From Octopus vulgaris (lineage: Eukaryota): a stretch of 64,000 nt of DNA. Each line of letters starts with the position of its first letter. The stretch's first letter is position 1. Shown piece after piece: positions 1 to 12,914 of the stretch. Below the pieces are notes generated by a model. That model did not search any database and was not told the DNA's origin. It worked only from the letters and a program-made list of their open reading frames with translations. The stretch is from the NCBI GenBank assembly GCA_951406725.2, contig OX597818.1, positions 17,360,001 through 17,424,000 of the forward strand. The letters are read 5' to 3'. A program made the translations under genes and the position numbers.

Positions 1-1133
1 TTTGAAGAATCAGCGGAATTTTAATCCAGTTCAGTAATCCCTGTGAACTTTAAGATCCCCTTTTTGATGATTTCTGTTATGGCTGACAGAAAATTACCTC
101 ATGACTTGTGGAGTAATGTGCATGTATTGTGCATGCCTGTATATTGCCTGTGTCCATGCTTGAGTGTGTAGATTTGTATGGGTGCAAATGGAGGTGCATG
201 GGTACGTTACCAAGTTTACTGGAAATGTTGAAGTGGGATAATATGAGTGGAACTTGGAAGAAGCTTTCCACAAGAAGGACACAAAGCTGTGTGTGAGGAC
301 ATTTGTATAAATGCTGGTAATAGAGTGAGAATGCGTAAGAGAACGGGAAGGAAAGAGAAAGAGTTGGAAGGGAATTATTTAAGGAAATAAGGTAAGCTAT
401 ATCTATTTATCTATATATCTATCTAGCCTATTTAACTAGTGAGAAAGAGAAATCGCTGAGGCAAGGTATTTAACAGAATGAGAGAGAGCGAGAGAGACTT
501 GAAAGAAATGCAGTACATGTGTAGATGCATGTATGTATGCGTGCGTGTGTGTGAGTGAGTGAGTGAGTGAGTGAGTGAGTGAATGAGTGAGTGAGTGAGT
601 GAGTGTGTGTGTGTGTGTGTGAGTGAGTGAGTGAGTGTGTGTGTGTGAGTGAGTGAGTGAGTGGGTGTAAAGACAGGACTACAGCAATACCCACAGTTTC
701 CACGAGTCAAAATTTTGAACAAAATATTAATGTATCATTACAGTACATATACCGACACACCTACAAAACACCAGTTATACTTTGGTCTGCTCGATTTGAG
801 CGACAATACTAACAAGGAGAAGAACAAGTTACGTATATAACAGATGTAACAATTGGTGTAACGCCTCAAGACTCACTGTGTCAGTGCAGTAGTGTGGAGG
901 TTGAAACCCGATCAAATGTTACTATCACTTGTTTTTTCCAGGATCACTGATCACCGTTGCTATTGTATGTTACAATGGGTATCTTCTTTTGCTTTCTTAT
1001 TTGGCAAACTGACCACTGGGAATGACTCTCAGGGCTTCAGTGTTCTGACTGCAGGTGATTATTTCTTGAACAATATTCTTGCTGACTTTTGCCACGGCTG
1101 AAGGTTCAGCTGAACTTCGATCCAGTTGAGTAA

Positions 1134-1219
1134 TCACTGAGGCAGACTCTTAGTCTTCCTTCGGATGGCATTTTCTATGGCTGACTGACCAGCTGGATTT
1201 TGTTCTGGTTCATTGATCA
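1134..1219 (-). other. Possible terminal exon or decayed coding repeat (INEPEQNPAGQSAIENAIRRKTKSLPQ*)
   Basis: Strong minus-strand acceptor TTTTACTTCTTCTTGTTTTGCAG ending at 1220. The only open frame gives 27 codons to TGA at 1134-1136. Protein not recognised, and a diverged copy at 1-90 weakens the exon reading. Confidence 0.2.
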
Positions 1220-1698
1220 CTGCAAAACAAGAAGAAGTAAAATTTATTACAAAGAAATATACGGACATTTAGAAAGAAATTAATGTTAGGGGAGAGTTTT
1301 CAGCATTTAGATTTGGTTGTATGTTTAGGATAAAGTCTCTTCATATACATGGCTGTTTTGTTTCATTAATAAGGTTTATGTTTAAAAGTGGGATTCCAGT
1401 AGGTTTCCGTCACTCCCTGTTTTAACATCTAAAAGCTGAAAAGATAAAGTTGACTCTGAGTGAATCTGTATTAAGTCCAGTGGAATCATACGCTCGGTTT
1501 GTTAAGGATGACTTTTCTGCTCTCTTTGCTCTGTAGACGGTAGAACCATCGCTGCCGAGATTGGAAATGTAAGGCATTCCGTCTTAAGTGGGTCATAGAA
1601 GGGTTGTGTCTGCGTACGTGGGTAGTGTCACGGTCATTGTGTCGGATACAAATGGAACTGTACGGGCAGATCACTGCATATTAGCAGGAACATATATT

Positions 1699-1915
1699 GG
1701 TTTCAAATTTGGTACAAAACCAGCAAGTTCTGGAGAGGGGGTAAATTGATTACATCCTCCCACCAATGCTCAACTTGTACTTATTTTATCGGCCACAAAA
1801 GAATGCAAGGCGAAGTCGACCCCGGCAGAATTTGAACTCAAAACATGAAGTTGGACGAAATGCCGCTAAACATTTTGCCCGGCGTGATAACGATTCTGCC
1901 AACTGGCCGCCTTCA
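1699..1915 (-). mobile_element. tRNA-derived SINE family A (octopus OK/OR-like)
   Basis: Matches the family consensus GGCGGCGAGCTGGCAGAA...GAGTTCAAATTCCGCCGAGGTCGAC. 14-bp TSD CAGGAACATATATT at 1685-1698 and 1916-1929. Confidence 0.9.
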
Positions 1916-2980
1916 CAGGAACATATATTAACTAATAAAAATGAACTTGTAAATCGACACCTGGAGAGGTAAGTTCATACGTACCACTGGTTTTTATCAC
2001 TGGATCGACGGTTTAGATCAGTGGTTCTCAACCATTTTTTACCTATGAACGCTCTGTAATTCCTATTTTACTCGGATAGACCCTCATAGCCGTTTCATGT
2101 TTGAAAACTTTTATGCAAATGATCTTTTATTTAAAGGAAAGTGACAGGTTCCGTTGATCAGGAAACCCTCCTGTTGTCAACACCCAGTACAGTAGTATCT
2201 CGAGATGTGCAGGCGTCAACTGAGCCTACGACAACTGCACAACTTCTGTATAATGGTAGTAATGAGTAGATGTGATCATCGTTTGCCAAGTTACAACCCA
2301 GAATCAAATGTAAACCAATGTTGAGAATTTGGCACTTGGAATGCTGCTAGACACTGCACTCTTGTAGCTGGACAGTATAGCTAGTGGAGTTACACACACT
2401 TACACACACACACACATGCACACACACATACACACAAGCAAATAAACACATACACAGATACGTATATGTATATACGTGTGTGTGTGTGTATGTGTGTGTA
2501 TGTGTGCGCGTGCGTGTGTGTGCGCGTGTGTGTGTATTCATGTATGTATCTATGTATATATGCAATAAAACCGTTATAAACTATAAATTCTCTGAGCAAG
2601 GCTAACCCCTATCTCAATGACCAAGAATCTCAGTGAAGAACAAATCGAAATCAATACGAATACTAGCAGCAGAAAGCTCTCAACGAAAAACCTATAGAAA
2701 GACAGAAACACAAACATATACATCTAACCTTCATATTTGGCATAGTTATGTATGTATGTATGTATGTATGTATGTATGTATGTATGTATGTATGTATGTA
2801 TGTATGTATGTATGTATGTATGTATGCATGTATGTATGTATATATATATGTATGTATGTATGCATGCATGTATGTATGTATGTATTTATTATGTATGTAT
2901 GTATGTATGTATGTGTGTGTGCATGTATATATATATATTTATATCTATATCTATATCTATCTATCATATCTATCTATCTA

Positions 2981-3036
<56 letters not shown>

Positions 3037-3073
3037 CATAGGGTGTTTGCAGAGGTGTACGGATACTGTATAT

Positions 3074-3267
3074 TAAGAAAAAGAAAGCAGTCAGAATTCT
3101 GGATAATTCTTGATTAGAGCTTTCATTCGTTTAACCGAACACTTCAAGAAAAATTGAACCAAACAAAAATTGAGCCAAAATTTTGGTTCAATTCTTCATG
3201 AAGAGTTCGATTAAACGAACGAAAGAGCTAACAAAGAATTATCCAAAATTATAACTGCATCCTTTTT

Positions 3268-3271
<4 letters not shown>
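3074..3271. mobile_element. Fold-back cassette with a decayed hammerhead motif in each arm
   Basis: Imperfect inverted arms. Right arm reads ATGAAGA-GTTCG-attaaa-CGAAC-GAAA (3198-3224, C3 mutated). Abuts (TA)n. Confidence 0.6.
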
Positions 3272-3357
<86 letters not shown>

Positions 3358-3441
3358 TAAGCCAAACAAGAAAGCACAAAAAAACACAATAACGCGAGGA
3401 CGTGGAACAAATATAATATTATTGGACGCTCAAGAAAAAAA

Positions 3442-3493
<52 letters not shown>

Positions 3494-3511
3494 CATACAT
3501 ACATACATACA

Positions 3512-3547
<36 letters not shown>

Positions 3548-3928
3548 CATATATATATAACGCCAGTGTCCCAGCAAACTGCGGTGCCCCAGCATGGCCA
3601 CAACTTTGAACTGAAACTGATAAAACAATAAAACAATATATACGTGTGGGGGTGTATGCGTGTGTGGGTGTTTGTGTGTGTTTGTTTGTGTGTGGGGGGG
3701 TGTATTCACATACATATATACAGAATACTGTGTAAGACGTAGATATAGTTTGCGTGTATGAATTTATGTGTGTCCCCGTCTGTATCTCTAAAACTAGAGC
3801 ATTTGGGGCACACTTACTAACATATTATCCAGTTTCCTCTTCCAGCAACCACATGCGTTTAACACTCATCACTTTACCCAGTGCTCACTCCAGCATCCGT
3901 ATATGTCACATAACCGACACCTTGCCCA

Positions 3929-4002
<74 letters not shown>

Positions 4003-4184
4003 CGTTCATGTGTCTAAGCTGTGTTAATTTCTCCAGTCCCTCTTCCAGCCACCACATATTTCTAGTGTGTGTCACTTTCCCAGGTTGTCATCCAACACGT
4101 TCATTTGTTTAGCTATCTTTATTTGTCCAAACTCCTCTGTCAATACGCACCGGATCAGTTAGGAACGAAAAAAAATAAAATTAA

Positions 4185-4534
4185 AACAAGAGCACTCAGA
4201 GAGCGCAAACTTCCGCCAAGGCAGCACCAATGTCCTCTCAACGATTAGCCAGAGATGATTTTTAAAATGAGAATATCTGAAATAAACTCGACTGCTCTCA
4301 CAAACGAGAATACTAAAAATGAACCCGACTGCTCTCAAAAATTAAGTAAGAAAAAACAGGAAAAACTATGCAGAGTCCTTGTCCGGGACTGGATCGATCC
4401 TAAAATCTCATCAGTTCGTGCCAATCAGGAGGCCAAATATTACTGAAAGTTTCATCCGAATCCATTCAGCAATTCTTGAAATATCTTGTCTAAAGACAAA
4501 CAAACAAACGTGACTGAAAAGCAATACCTCTGCC
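4185..4534 (+). mobile_element. Helentron-associated (HINE/DINE-like) non-autonomous element
   Basis: AACAAGAGCACTCAG start, subterminal CCGCCAAGG, (CAAA)n near the other end. Homologous opposite-orientation copy at 57428-57806. Classification is by structural resemblance. Confidence 0.6.
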
Positions 4535-4561
4535 TGTGTTTTTTGAATTGACTATATGTGC

Positions 4562-4602
<41 letters not shown>

Positions 4603-4671
4603 TCGCCATGTTGGACCGCTGAAATTTACAAGTTTGTTTCCTTTTCTCCCTCTGTTTATTTTATCTTATTC

Positions 4672-4707
4672 CTTTCTGTTGAAGAGTGTAGGCTCGAAAC
4701 GTAGAAG
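4672..4707 (+). ncRNA. Minimal type-I hammerhead, variant core CUGUUGA
   Basis: CTTT-CTGTTGA-A-GAGT-gtag-GCTC-GAAA-C-GTA-GAAG, within a ~200-bp cassette (4600-4797) that follows (TA)n. Confidence 0.65.
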
Positions 4708-4847
4708 ACTTCTTCATTTTTCCGAGCGTCAAACTAATACACATGCGTGTTGTTCGTACACCTTCCTTTGTCTTTTGTTTTTCAATAAAATTCAACTATG
4801 TGTGTGAGTGTGTGTGAGTGTGTGTGAGTACACACGTGGGGTGTATG

Positions 4848-4884
<37 letters not shown>

Positions 4885-4885
<1 letters not shown>

Positions 4886-5048
4886 GACCGACTTCTCTCA
4901 ATTTCTGTCTACAGAATTAACTCTCAAGGCTTTGGTCGGCCCGGAGTTATGGTAGAAGACGCTTGCCCAATGTGACACGCAGTGGGACTGAACCCGAAAC
5001 CATGTGGTTGCAAATAAAACATCTTAGCATACAGCTACACCTGCGCCA
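4885..5048 (-). mobile_element. tRNA-derived SINE family B (OR-like), 5' part
   Basis: Reverse complement of GGCGCAGG..GTGGCTGTGTGGTAAG..GGTTCAGTCCCACTGCGTGGCACCTTGGGCAAG; many copies in the window. Confidence 0.85.
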
Positions 5049-5524
5049 GATTGATTTCTGTCAGTTAGAGATCATAAGGCTTGTTGAATTGCGGATTTGA
5101 CCCTGTTTTTACACATGGCTTTCCCCCTTAGCTATCCGAATATTTAAAAGCGAAAGAGGAAATTTAAAAATATGGAAATATAAACCCTGCAACCTTGCTT
5201 GTTAAGTCTGTCTGTGTGTCTTGACGGCTTTACGTAAACAAAAACCTATATAGATCAAGCTGAATAAAGATCAATATTTGTCTCATTAGCTGTTAGCTCC
5301 AGGTGAAAATGTGTGGGAGAATATAGCTGAGTTGACAGCAAACTCTACAGATCTCGATATATACATCCTTGTTGTTTGTTTCTCTTTCTATCTTATACAG
5401 TTTATCCGACTGCTTATCTAACTATCCATCTGTACGGATGTTTCTCTGTACATCCGTCTTTACACATCTAACTATATATCTCGTCTCTCTTTCTATCAGT
5501 ATCTTTGTCGATTTTATCTCTCTT

Positions 5525-5591
<67 letters not shown>

Positions 5592-5695
5592 ATATATAGT
5601 GTGTGTGCATATGTAAATATGCATGTATATAAGTATCTTACGTGTACATGTGTGTGTGTCTGTCTGTGTATGCGTGTGTATAAATAAATAAATAA

Positions 5696-5730
<35 letters not shown>

Positions 5731-5756
5731 TAAATAAATATATATATATATATAAA

Positions 5757-5817
<61 letters not shown>

Positions 5818-5864
5818 AAATAAATAAATATATATATAAATAAATAAATATATATATATATATA

Positions 5865-5921
<57 letters not shown>

Positions 5922-5928
<7 letters not shown>

Positions 5929-7330
5929 ATTTCGAGATGGTTTTTTTTTTGTCAAATAAACACGCATTACATATTCGTTCTTCACTTGTTTATTACTGTT
6001 TTTATTCTATCTCATGTCCATTGTCCGGAAACTTTTCGTCACACATCTGTGACCTCTTCAGTGACATTTTCCGTCTTTGTGTGTGCTCTTGCTCTGCTTA
6101 TTCCATTCTGCTCTTCTATGATGTGTATCCTTATATGCGCATGCGTCTGTGTTAGTGTGTGTATACATGTGTGTGGGTGTGTGTCATTGTTCTTAGTAGC
6201 ACTATAGCCTTCTCCTCAGCCCCGTCCCCCACTCCATTACGGCCCTTGATCCCGACTTTATGTACCGTTCTTATAACTCGTTGTGGTTGTGTGTTTGCCC
6301 ACGCTGCTACCATCGTGATAGTTGCTGTAGTTGCCATTGTTGTTAGTCGTGTTGTTGATATTGTTGCAGACGTTTGTGAAGTTACTGCATGTGTATTTGT
6401 GTGTGTATACCGGTTCGCTTCCTGTGTTGTTTGTATCTGTGCGCATTATACAGTTTTTAATTTTATTTTATTTTAACGTCTCTAATTTTTTTAATATTCA
6501 TCATAGGTATGTGCATATATGTCTATTGTATGTGTATTACGCCGTCTGTTTCTGTTTTTCTTTCATTTTCTACCTTTAGTCTTTAGTCGTTATGTTGTGT
6601 GGTGTGGTGGTGGGTGTTATTGTTCCATTCGTATTTTCTGCTGAGGTTTGTTCTGTCTATTGCTATGTGTGTAGCCTCTGTGATCTGTCTAAGTGTCGTG
6701 TCAGTTCTATGCGTTGATATTACTTTGATCTCTATGCTATTGACTGAACCTCTATGTTCTGCTTGAGCATATTGGTAGAGCACTAACGAGCCTATCTCTT
6801 CTTTGAGCTCTCGCCAGTGTCCCCCTATACGCTCTCCTAAGCTGCGTGCTGTCTATCCACTGTAAGTAGTTCTCATGCTTCTGCACCGTTCTTCAGTACA
6901 TTGTAAGCTATACACTATATTCCTAACCTTACAGTTAACTTGTGGGTTCATCCTACATACAACACAATTGTTACCCGTTCATGGGGATATATCGAAGGGA
7001 TAAGTTGTAAAGATCAGGGATTTTATGAGGAGGACCAGGCCTTTCTACTACTTTCATCAGTAGATTGGCGTTATCTAATGTTTTTTTTCAAAACAGGTAT
7101 GCTAGGGGTAACATCAACGAACATGACACTCTGGTATTTTTGTTGTCATACCATGAGCTGAACTTATCTATCTTTTTTTCTAGTTCTTTCTGTGCCGTTC
7201 CACGATTTACATTTGTATAGCGGGCAGATCACCTTTACATCACTCTCTATGATGGCTTTGAACCTAACCCTGGCTCATCTGTACATAATAATATATCTGT
7301 ACATATAATCTTGTCCCTTTGGTTATAGTT
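5922..7330 (-). mobile_element. Decayed Penelope-like element 3' part: GIY-YIG endonuclease, CA-rich tail, hammerhead, ending at (TA)n
   Basis: Minus translation NIVYSLQC..C..TYSG*TARSLGERIGGH..LYQYAQAEH..LRQITEA..RKYEW resembles the PLE GIY-YIG domain; upstream YQSVMFVDVTP. Contains stops and frameshifts. Confidence 0.8.
6022..6066 (-). ncRNA. Type-I hammerhead ribozyme motif in PLE 3' end
   Basis: rc: TGTCA-CTGAAGA-G-GTCACA-gatg-TGTGAC-GAAA-AGTTTC-CGGACA. Perfect 6-bp stem II; stem I imperfect. Confidence 0.7.
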
Positions 7331-7353
7331 AGGTGCCTTTCCAAAACATTGCT

Positions 7354-7387
<34 letters not shown>

Positions 7388-8092
7388 TGTGTGTTTATCG
7401 GCATTTTGGTCTGTCTTTATATAAACCTCTACAGCATTAACTCCCTCGCTTTGTCTTTCTCTTATTCTTGCTATATTTCATTCATTCTATCTCAAGATAA
7501 GTAGTGAGTGAGCAAAGTAAAGTAGAAGGAGAAGAAGAATGAGGTAGATGAAGAGAAAAGGGAGAATGAGGAAGAGAAAGATGAAAAGAAAAGAAAAGAA
7601 AGAAAGAAAGAAGAAGAAGAAGAAGAAGAAGAAGAAGAAGAAGAAGAAGAAGAAGAAGAAGAAGAAGAAGAAGAAGAAGAAGAAGAAGAAGAAGAAGAAC
7701 AACAACAACAACAACAACAAGAAGACGGAAAGAACGATAGCTGTGGTTACTATCTTGTTTAGGAGGTACTACCAAGCAGAAAGTCTTACAAAAACAAATA
7801 GTCAAAGGTCCTCACAAGTATACTGGGGTACACACAAATTATATATAAAGTATTTATAGATATTATAAGATCCATAGAAACACTACAGAAAACAGGTTTA
7901 ATGTGAATTGACATACACACGCACGCAAGCACGCACACACACACACACACACAAGGATTCTTGATAGAATCAGGTACTTAAAAGATATGCACCAAACAGG
8001 GTCGGATAAACATGTGGTCACCACCTATAGTCGATTCATTTCTTTATATATACATATACATGCACACATACATACATACATACATATATACA

Positions 8093-8123
<31 letters not shown>

Positions 8124-8127
8124 GTAT

Positions 8128-8195
<68 letters not shown>

Positions 8196-8202
<7 letters not shown>

Positions 8203-8580
8203 AATCCCATAAAACTTATCAATTTTGATAAAAATGGAGAAGAGGTGTTAAAATACATAAGAGAATTTTAATTAGACGATCGATTCGTCCAGCAATATAA
8301 AAACCGTGCAAATTCATAGTTGAATAGAATTAATTAAATTAATTAGATTATATTAAATTAATTATATATCACTGTACTTTTCAGTGCAAGAAGCATAAAC
8401 AACATTTTTTTACAAAATTTGCAGGTATTATAAGCTCCATAGAAGCGCGTACAGAAAACGTGTTTAATGCGAATTGTATCGCTGTACGAAACGATCGTCT
8501 GCATGAATTATAATTCTCTTATATTTTTTAACAACTTCTCTATTTTTATCAAAATTGTTGAGTTTTATGGGATTTCTTTC
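8196..8580. mobile_element. Fold-back cassette with eroded hammerhead
   Basis: ~100-bp inverted termini (AGAAATCCCATAAAAC.../...GTTTTATGGGATTTCT). Stem II GTACAG/CTGTAC then GAAACGATCGTC at 8488-8499; CUGANGA box eroded. Confidence 0.55.
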
Positions 8581-8813
8581 CATAAATTCACAACACACCA
8601 TATATAAGTATTATTTTCAAATTTTACGCCAGTAAGCTACCAGCAAAATATGAAGAATCTATATTAGAAATCTTTTTTTGGAAACCTCCAAATTAAAGGA
8701 CGAATCTAATTCAACCTTTTCGCACATGCAGATATGTGTGTGTGTTTGTGATGTGTGTGTGTGTGCGTGTGTGTGCGAGTGTGTGTGCGTGTGTGTGCGA
8801 GTGTGTGTGTGTT

Positions 8814-9115
8814 GGCACTCCGTCGGTTACGACGACGAGTGTTCGATTGATCCAATCAACTGAATAGCCTGCTCGTGAAAATAACGTACAAGTCGCTGAG
8901 CACTCCACAGACACCCGTACACCCAACGTAGTTCTGAGGGATATTCAGCTTGACACAGAATGTTACATGGTTGGCCTTTTTGAAACACAGGTACAACTCA
9001 TTTTTTTTCCGGTTGAGTAAACTGGAGTAACCTGAAATAAAGTCTTGCTCAAGGACACAACGCACCACTGGAAATCGAACTCACGATTACCTTAACCACT
9101 CATCCATGCGCCTCC
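8814..9115 (-). mobile_element. tRNA-derived SINE family C
   Basis: B-box-like GAGTTCGATTTCC on minus and tail GTCGTCGTAACCGACGGAGTGCC. Second copy at ~24515-24835. Confidence 0.8.
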
Positions 9116-9309
9116 ACACATATAATATATATATAATCAAAGATGCAGAATCGACGTACTTCAAAGGAATTTAAAGGTAATGTAACCTAAAGGTAGAGTA
9201 AGAAAATCCATGAATCAGGTACTCCAAATCAGTTGGAAGAACGTAGAGGGTCCGTCTGAGCATGCAGTAAATAGCAAAATCGAATAAACGAACATCAAAA
9301 AAATAACAA

Positions 9310-9590
9310 ACAAGAGAACGTACACACAGAATGTATTAGTTTGAATGTATTAGCTCAGTAAAAAGAGAGAGTGTTTGACGTTTCGAGCATAGCTCATCGT
9401 CGGAAAAGAAATAGGGTAAAGGGAAAAGTCTAAAGAAGGGCAATGTAGCTACACACATGCTGTTGATGATTTTTTTTCCTTCTTTGAACTTTTCCCTTTT
9501 CCTTTTATCCTTTCTCACGAAGAGTTATACTCGAAACATCAAAATCTTTCTCTTTTTACGAAGCGTCAAACTAATACATTCCATACTGTT
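9310..9590. mobile_element. Fold-back cassette with two decayed hammerheads
   Basis: Minus arm CCGACGA-T-GAGC-tat-GCTC-GAAACGTC (9374-9406). Plus arm CTCACGA-A-GAGT-tat-ACTC-GAAACATC (9511-9543). Compensatory C-G to T-A change in stem II. Confidence 0.65.
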
Positions 9591-9768
9591 CTATATTTAA
9601 GAGATGAGGAATTAAGTACAGTATTTACATTATTTACATTTGACGATATTTGTCCTCATCTTGCTTGTTGTTAACACAACGTTTCGGCTGATATACCCTC
9701 CAGCCTTCATCAGGTGTCTTGAGGAAATTTCGAACCTAGGTTCTCATTCCTAAGGTATTTTTCGATAA

Positions 9769-9832
<64 letters not shown>

Positions 9833-10100
9833 GTTGTTGTTGTTGTTGTTGTTGTTATTATTGTTGTTGTTGTTGTTGTTGTTCAGGTCACTGCCTGGAA
9901 TCGAACACGGAATCTAGGGGTTAGTAGCCCGTGGGCAATTATGGAGTGAATTTTAGGGCTTATGAATCTAATATTTTCCTATCCTTCCTTAATACCGGTT
10001 CCTATATGCTATTCATATCTGCACTCGGTCTGCTTAGGAGGTTGTTGTGTCCTAGCAAATATGCTGCCTCTTTTAGTTTTCGTAATTTTTCCATGTGCAC
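9590..10100 (-). mobile_element. 5'-truncated 3' end of the PLE family at 49885-51190 (ORF end, partial tRNA-like head, (AAT)n, hammerhead)
   Basis: Closely similar to 49885-50270; encodes the same ORF end ..KLKEAAYLLGHNNLLSRPSADMN.. Confidence 0.85.
9673..9718 (-). ncRNA. Minimal type-I hammerhead ribozyme
   Basis: rc: GACAC-CTGATGA-A-GGCTG-gagggtatat-CAGCC-GAAA-C-GTT^GTGTT. 5-bp stems I and II, palindromic AACGTT stem III. Confidence 0.85.
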
Positions 10101-10151
10101 GTCTTCCTCTTGTTTGTAATTTTATAAATGTTCGTTTATTGGATTTGACTC

Positions 10152-10187
<36 letters not shown>

Positions 10188-10453
10188 ACCCACACACCCA
10201 TCCCCACATCTTCACACCCACACATACATACACACACACGTCCAGACCACCTGCCTCTTTCACACGCACATACATACTCTCTTATACACACACGCACCTT
10301 TGTGTTGGGGGTACCTTCGTATTGGAAGTCACTTGACCCTGTTATCTCCCCCACTGTCCCTCTCGCGTCTGACCACTGTCCGAAATCAGGACGCCATGAT
10401 TGATCGTTAGCTCCTACACGCATTTTTTTCTCTCCTTGTTTTTTTTCCGTGTA

Positions 10454-10491
10454 TCTTTCTGTCGAAGAGCGTAGGCTCGAAACGTAAAAGA
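10454..10491 (+). ncRNA. Minimal type-I hammerhead, variant core CUGUCGA
   Basis: TCTTT-CTGTCGA-A-GAGC-gtag-GCTC-GAAA-C-GTA^AAAGA. Perfect stems I and II. Lies in a cassette (10185-10585) with a CA-rich leader, between TA-rich repeats. Confidence 0.7.
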
Positions 10492-10766
10492 CTTTTCCTG
10501 TTCCTGAGCGCTATACTAATACATTTGTTTGTTTGTACGCCACCTGCCTTCGTCTTTTGTTTATTTTCGTATATTTTCCCTTTATACATATATATACATA
10601 TATACATAAATATATTCATACAGATACATATGTATGTATGAATGTACGTATGTATAAATAGCGTATGAATGTTTATCACACTACTCAAGTTTCAATCTGC
10701 CGCCATCTTCAGGCGAGAATCCATTAGTGTGTTTGTGCGTGCGTACGTGCGTGCGTGCGTGCGTGC

Positions 10767-10844
<78 letters not shown>

Positions 10845-11057
10845 GTGTGCGTGAGCCAGGCTTTTATTATACAAAATGTATGAACAAGTGGAATGGGAGA
10901 TTATGTTAAATTCCAAAACTCGCTTTCTCGAAATCTAGCAGTAGAAATCTATGACCGTAAAGTTTTATTTTTAAAATACATAGGTAAGTTAATAAAGATT
11001 TCTCGCCTGAGATTTGTAAAAGATACCTGGATACATTTCTTTCAAGTATACATAATA

Positions 11058-11312
11058 TCGGTTTCAAATTTTGTCACAAGACCAGATATACGTACATTAT
11101 ATCCTTTCTACGTTAGGCACAAAGCCTGAAATTGGAGAGGGGGATAGTCGATTATATCGACTCCAGAGCACAACTGGTACTTATTTTATCGACCTCTGAA
11201 AGGATGAAAGGCAAAATCGACCTCGACGGAATTTAAACTCAGAACACGAAGACAGACGAATTCCGCTAAGCATTTTACCCGGCTTGCTAACTATTCTACC
11301 AGCTAGCCGCCT
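11058..11312 (-). mobile_element. SINE family A
   Basis: Same consensus as 1699-1915, with an extra 3' tail piece. Confidence 0.85.
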
Positions 11313-11420
11313 TATATATACATACATAATATCGACATGTGTATGTGTGTGTGCACGCGTATGTGTGTATCTGTGTCTGTGCGTGCGTGTACGTGCATGT
11401 GCGTGACTGCGTTTGCATGT

Positions 11421-11472
<52 letters not shown>

Positions 11473-11580
11473 GTATGTATGTATAGTTAATCCAAACATG
11501 AACAAAGAGAAAACACAACAACGCGAGGACGTGGAACAAGTATAGTGTTATTGGACGATCAAGAAAAGAAAGAAGAAGGA

Positions 11581-11613
11581 TTTAACGTTTCGAGCGGGGC
11601 TCTTCGTCAGAAA
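11581..11613 (-). ncRNA. Minimal type-I hammerhead ribozyme
   Basis: rc: TTT-CTGACGA-A-GAGC-ccc-GCTC-GAAA-C-GTT^AAA, in cassette 11484-11685. The cassette's 3' tail recurs at 3354-3435. Confidence 0.7.
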
Positions 11614-12362
11614 CATAAGAAATGGAAAGATCCAAGGAAGGGAAGACGGAGGGAAAAAATCGCAACGATACACACGCGGTCACATGTATGTATATGCACA
11701 CACACACATATGTACATATAGAGAGATGAGAGAGAGGGAGAGGGAGAGCAAAACAAATCAGGAGAGCTTCTTTAGAAATTATTTACAGTAACGTAATTTT
11801 TCATTAACAGTGAAAAATAACCGTTACATAAAGAACATTTTATAAACAAATCACATTAGCAAATCTTCAGAGATTTCATAACTCTCAATACTAACTTTTA
11901 GGATCTATACTGGACTACGGACCGTGTTATTAGGGTTTCAACGGTTATAACTGCTAATTATATTTAAAAAATTTGTTTACATAGGTAGTAGAAGGAAGAC
12001 AAATATACTGATCATAATTGATAAAGAATTACTTCTATCACTATTGCGTCTACAAAAATAGGAAGAAATGAACTAATAGCTATTAGGTTTCAAAGATCTC
12101 AGCAAAATATTTATAATCTAACACTCACATTTGGCTGCCAAATTGCTAATTATTAATAATCTTTACGAACACTCTAGCCAATAGACGCTCACAGGTACCA
12201 ATATTCACAGAAGTATATACATTAACTAATACACACTGCTTCACATACACACATAGGTATACTAACACACCCGGCACGCACATACGCATACACACTTACG
12301 TATACACGTATATACAAGTACTCATTCATGTAGACTTGCATGTGTATGTATGAATATGTGTA

Positions 12363-12448
<86 letters not shown>

Positions 12449-12914
12449 AATAGGCATGATTGCTGTCCGTTCGTGACCGAGGAAAACCATTACTGACCAT
12501 TAAGAACAGCGTGTACTCAGACAAAATTATAATTTACAATTATGGTTCTGCTGGAAAGTAATGAGTCCAACTCTTGATAAACATGCGCTTCCACAGGTAT
12601 TTCTAATCAAGCTTCTACTATTCCCTACAGTTTTCGAGCAGCTCGCTTACATTATGCATGAAAAGTAAGTGATTGGCGGCCCATGTTTGATATAAAGTTG
12701 TCTCCTTATCGTCCACGGCAGCGATGAGATTTGGTCGTGGAGTAGGTATCTGAGCAGTTCCATTTGAGGAGGGCACTGCTTACCTGGAGACCAGGAAGAT
12801 TCTAGAAAAAGTGAACCAAATTTCCCTATTTTTTCCTATGTATTCAGTTTAGCGCGACTGACAAGTGTCCACCTTGTGATCGGAAAACAAAGAAAATATT
12901 TATAAAATCTGGAT

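Noticed and set aside
1486-1673. Minus-strand 62-aa ORF after a TATGCAG acceptor-like site
   Set aside because: Weak pyrimidine tract, no recognisable protein, and splicing its GTATGA donor to the 1219 exon gives an immediate stop.
1919-1974. Plus-strand CAG...GAG|GTAAGT 50-nt exon-like segment
   Set aside because: The acceptor lies in the SINE TSD and there is no supporting context; a lone consensus donor is expected by chance.
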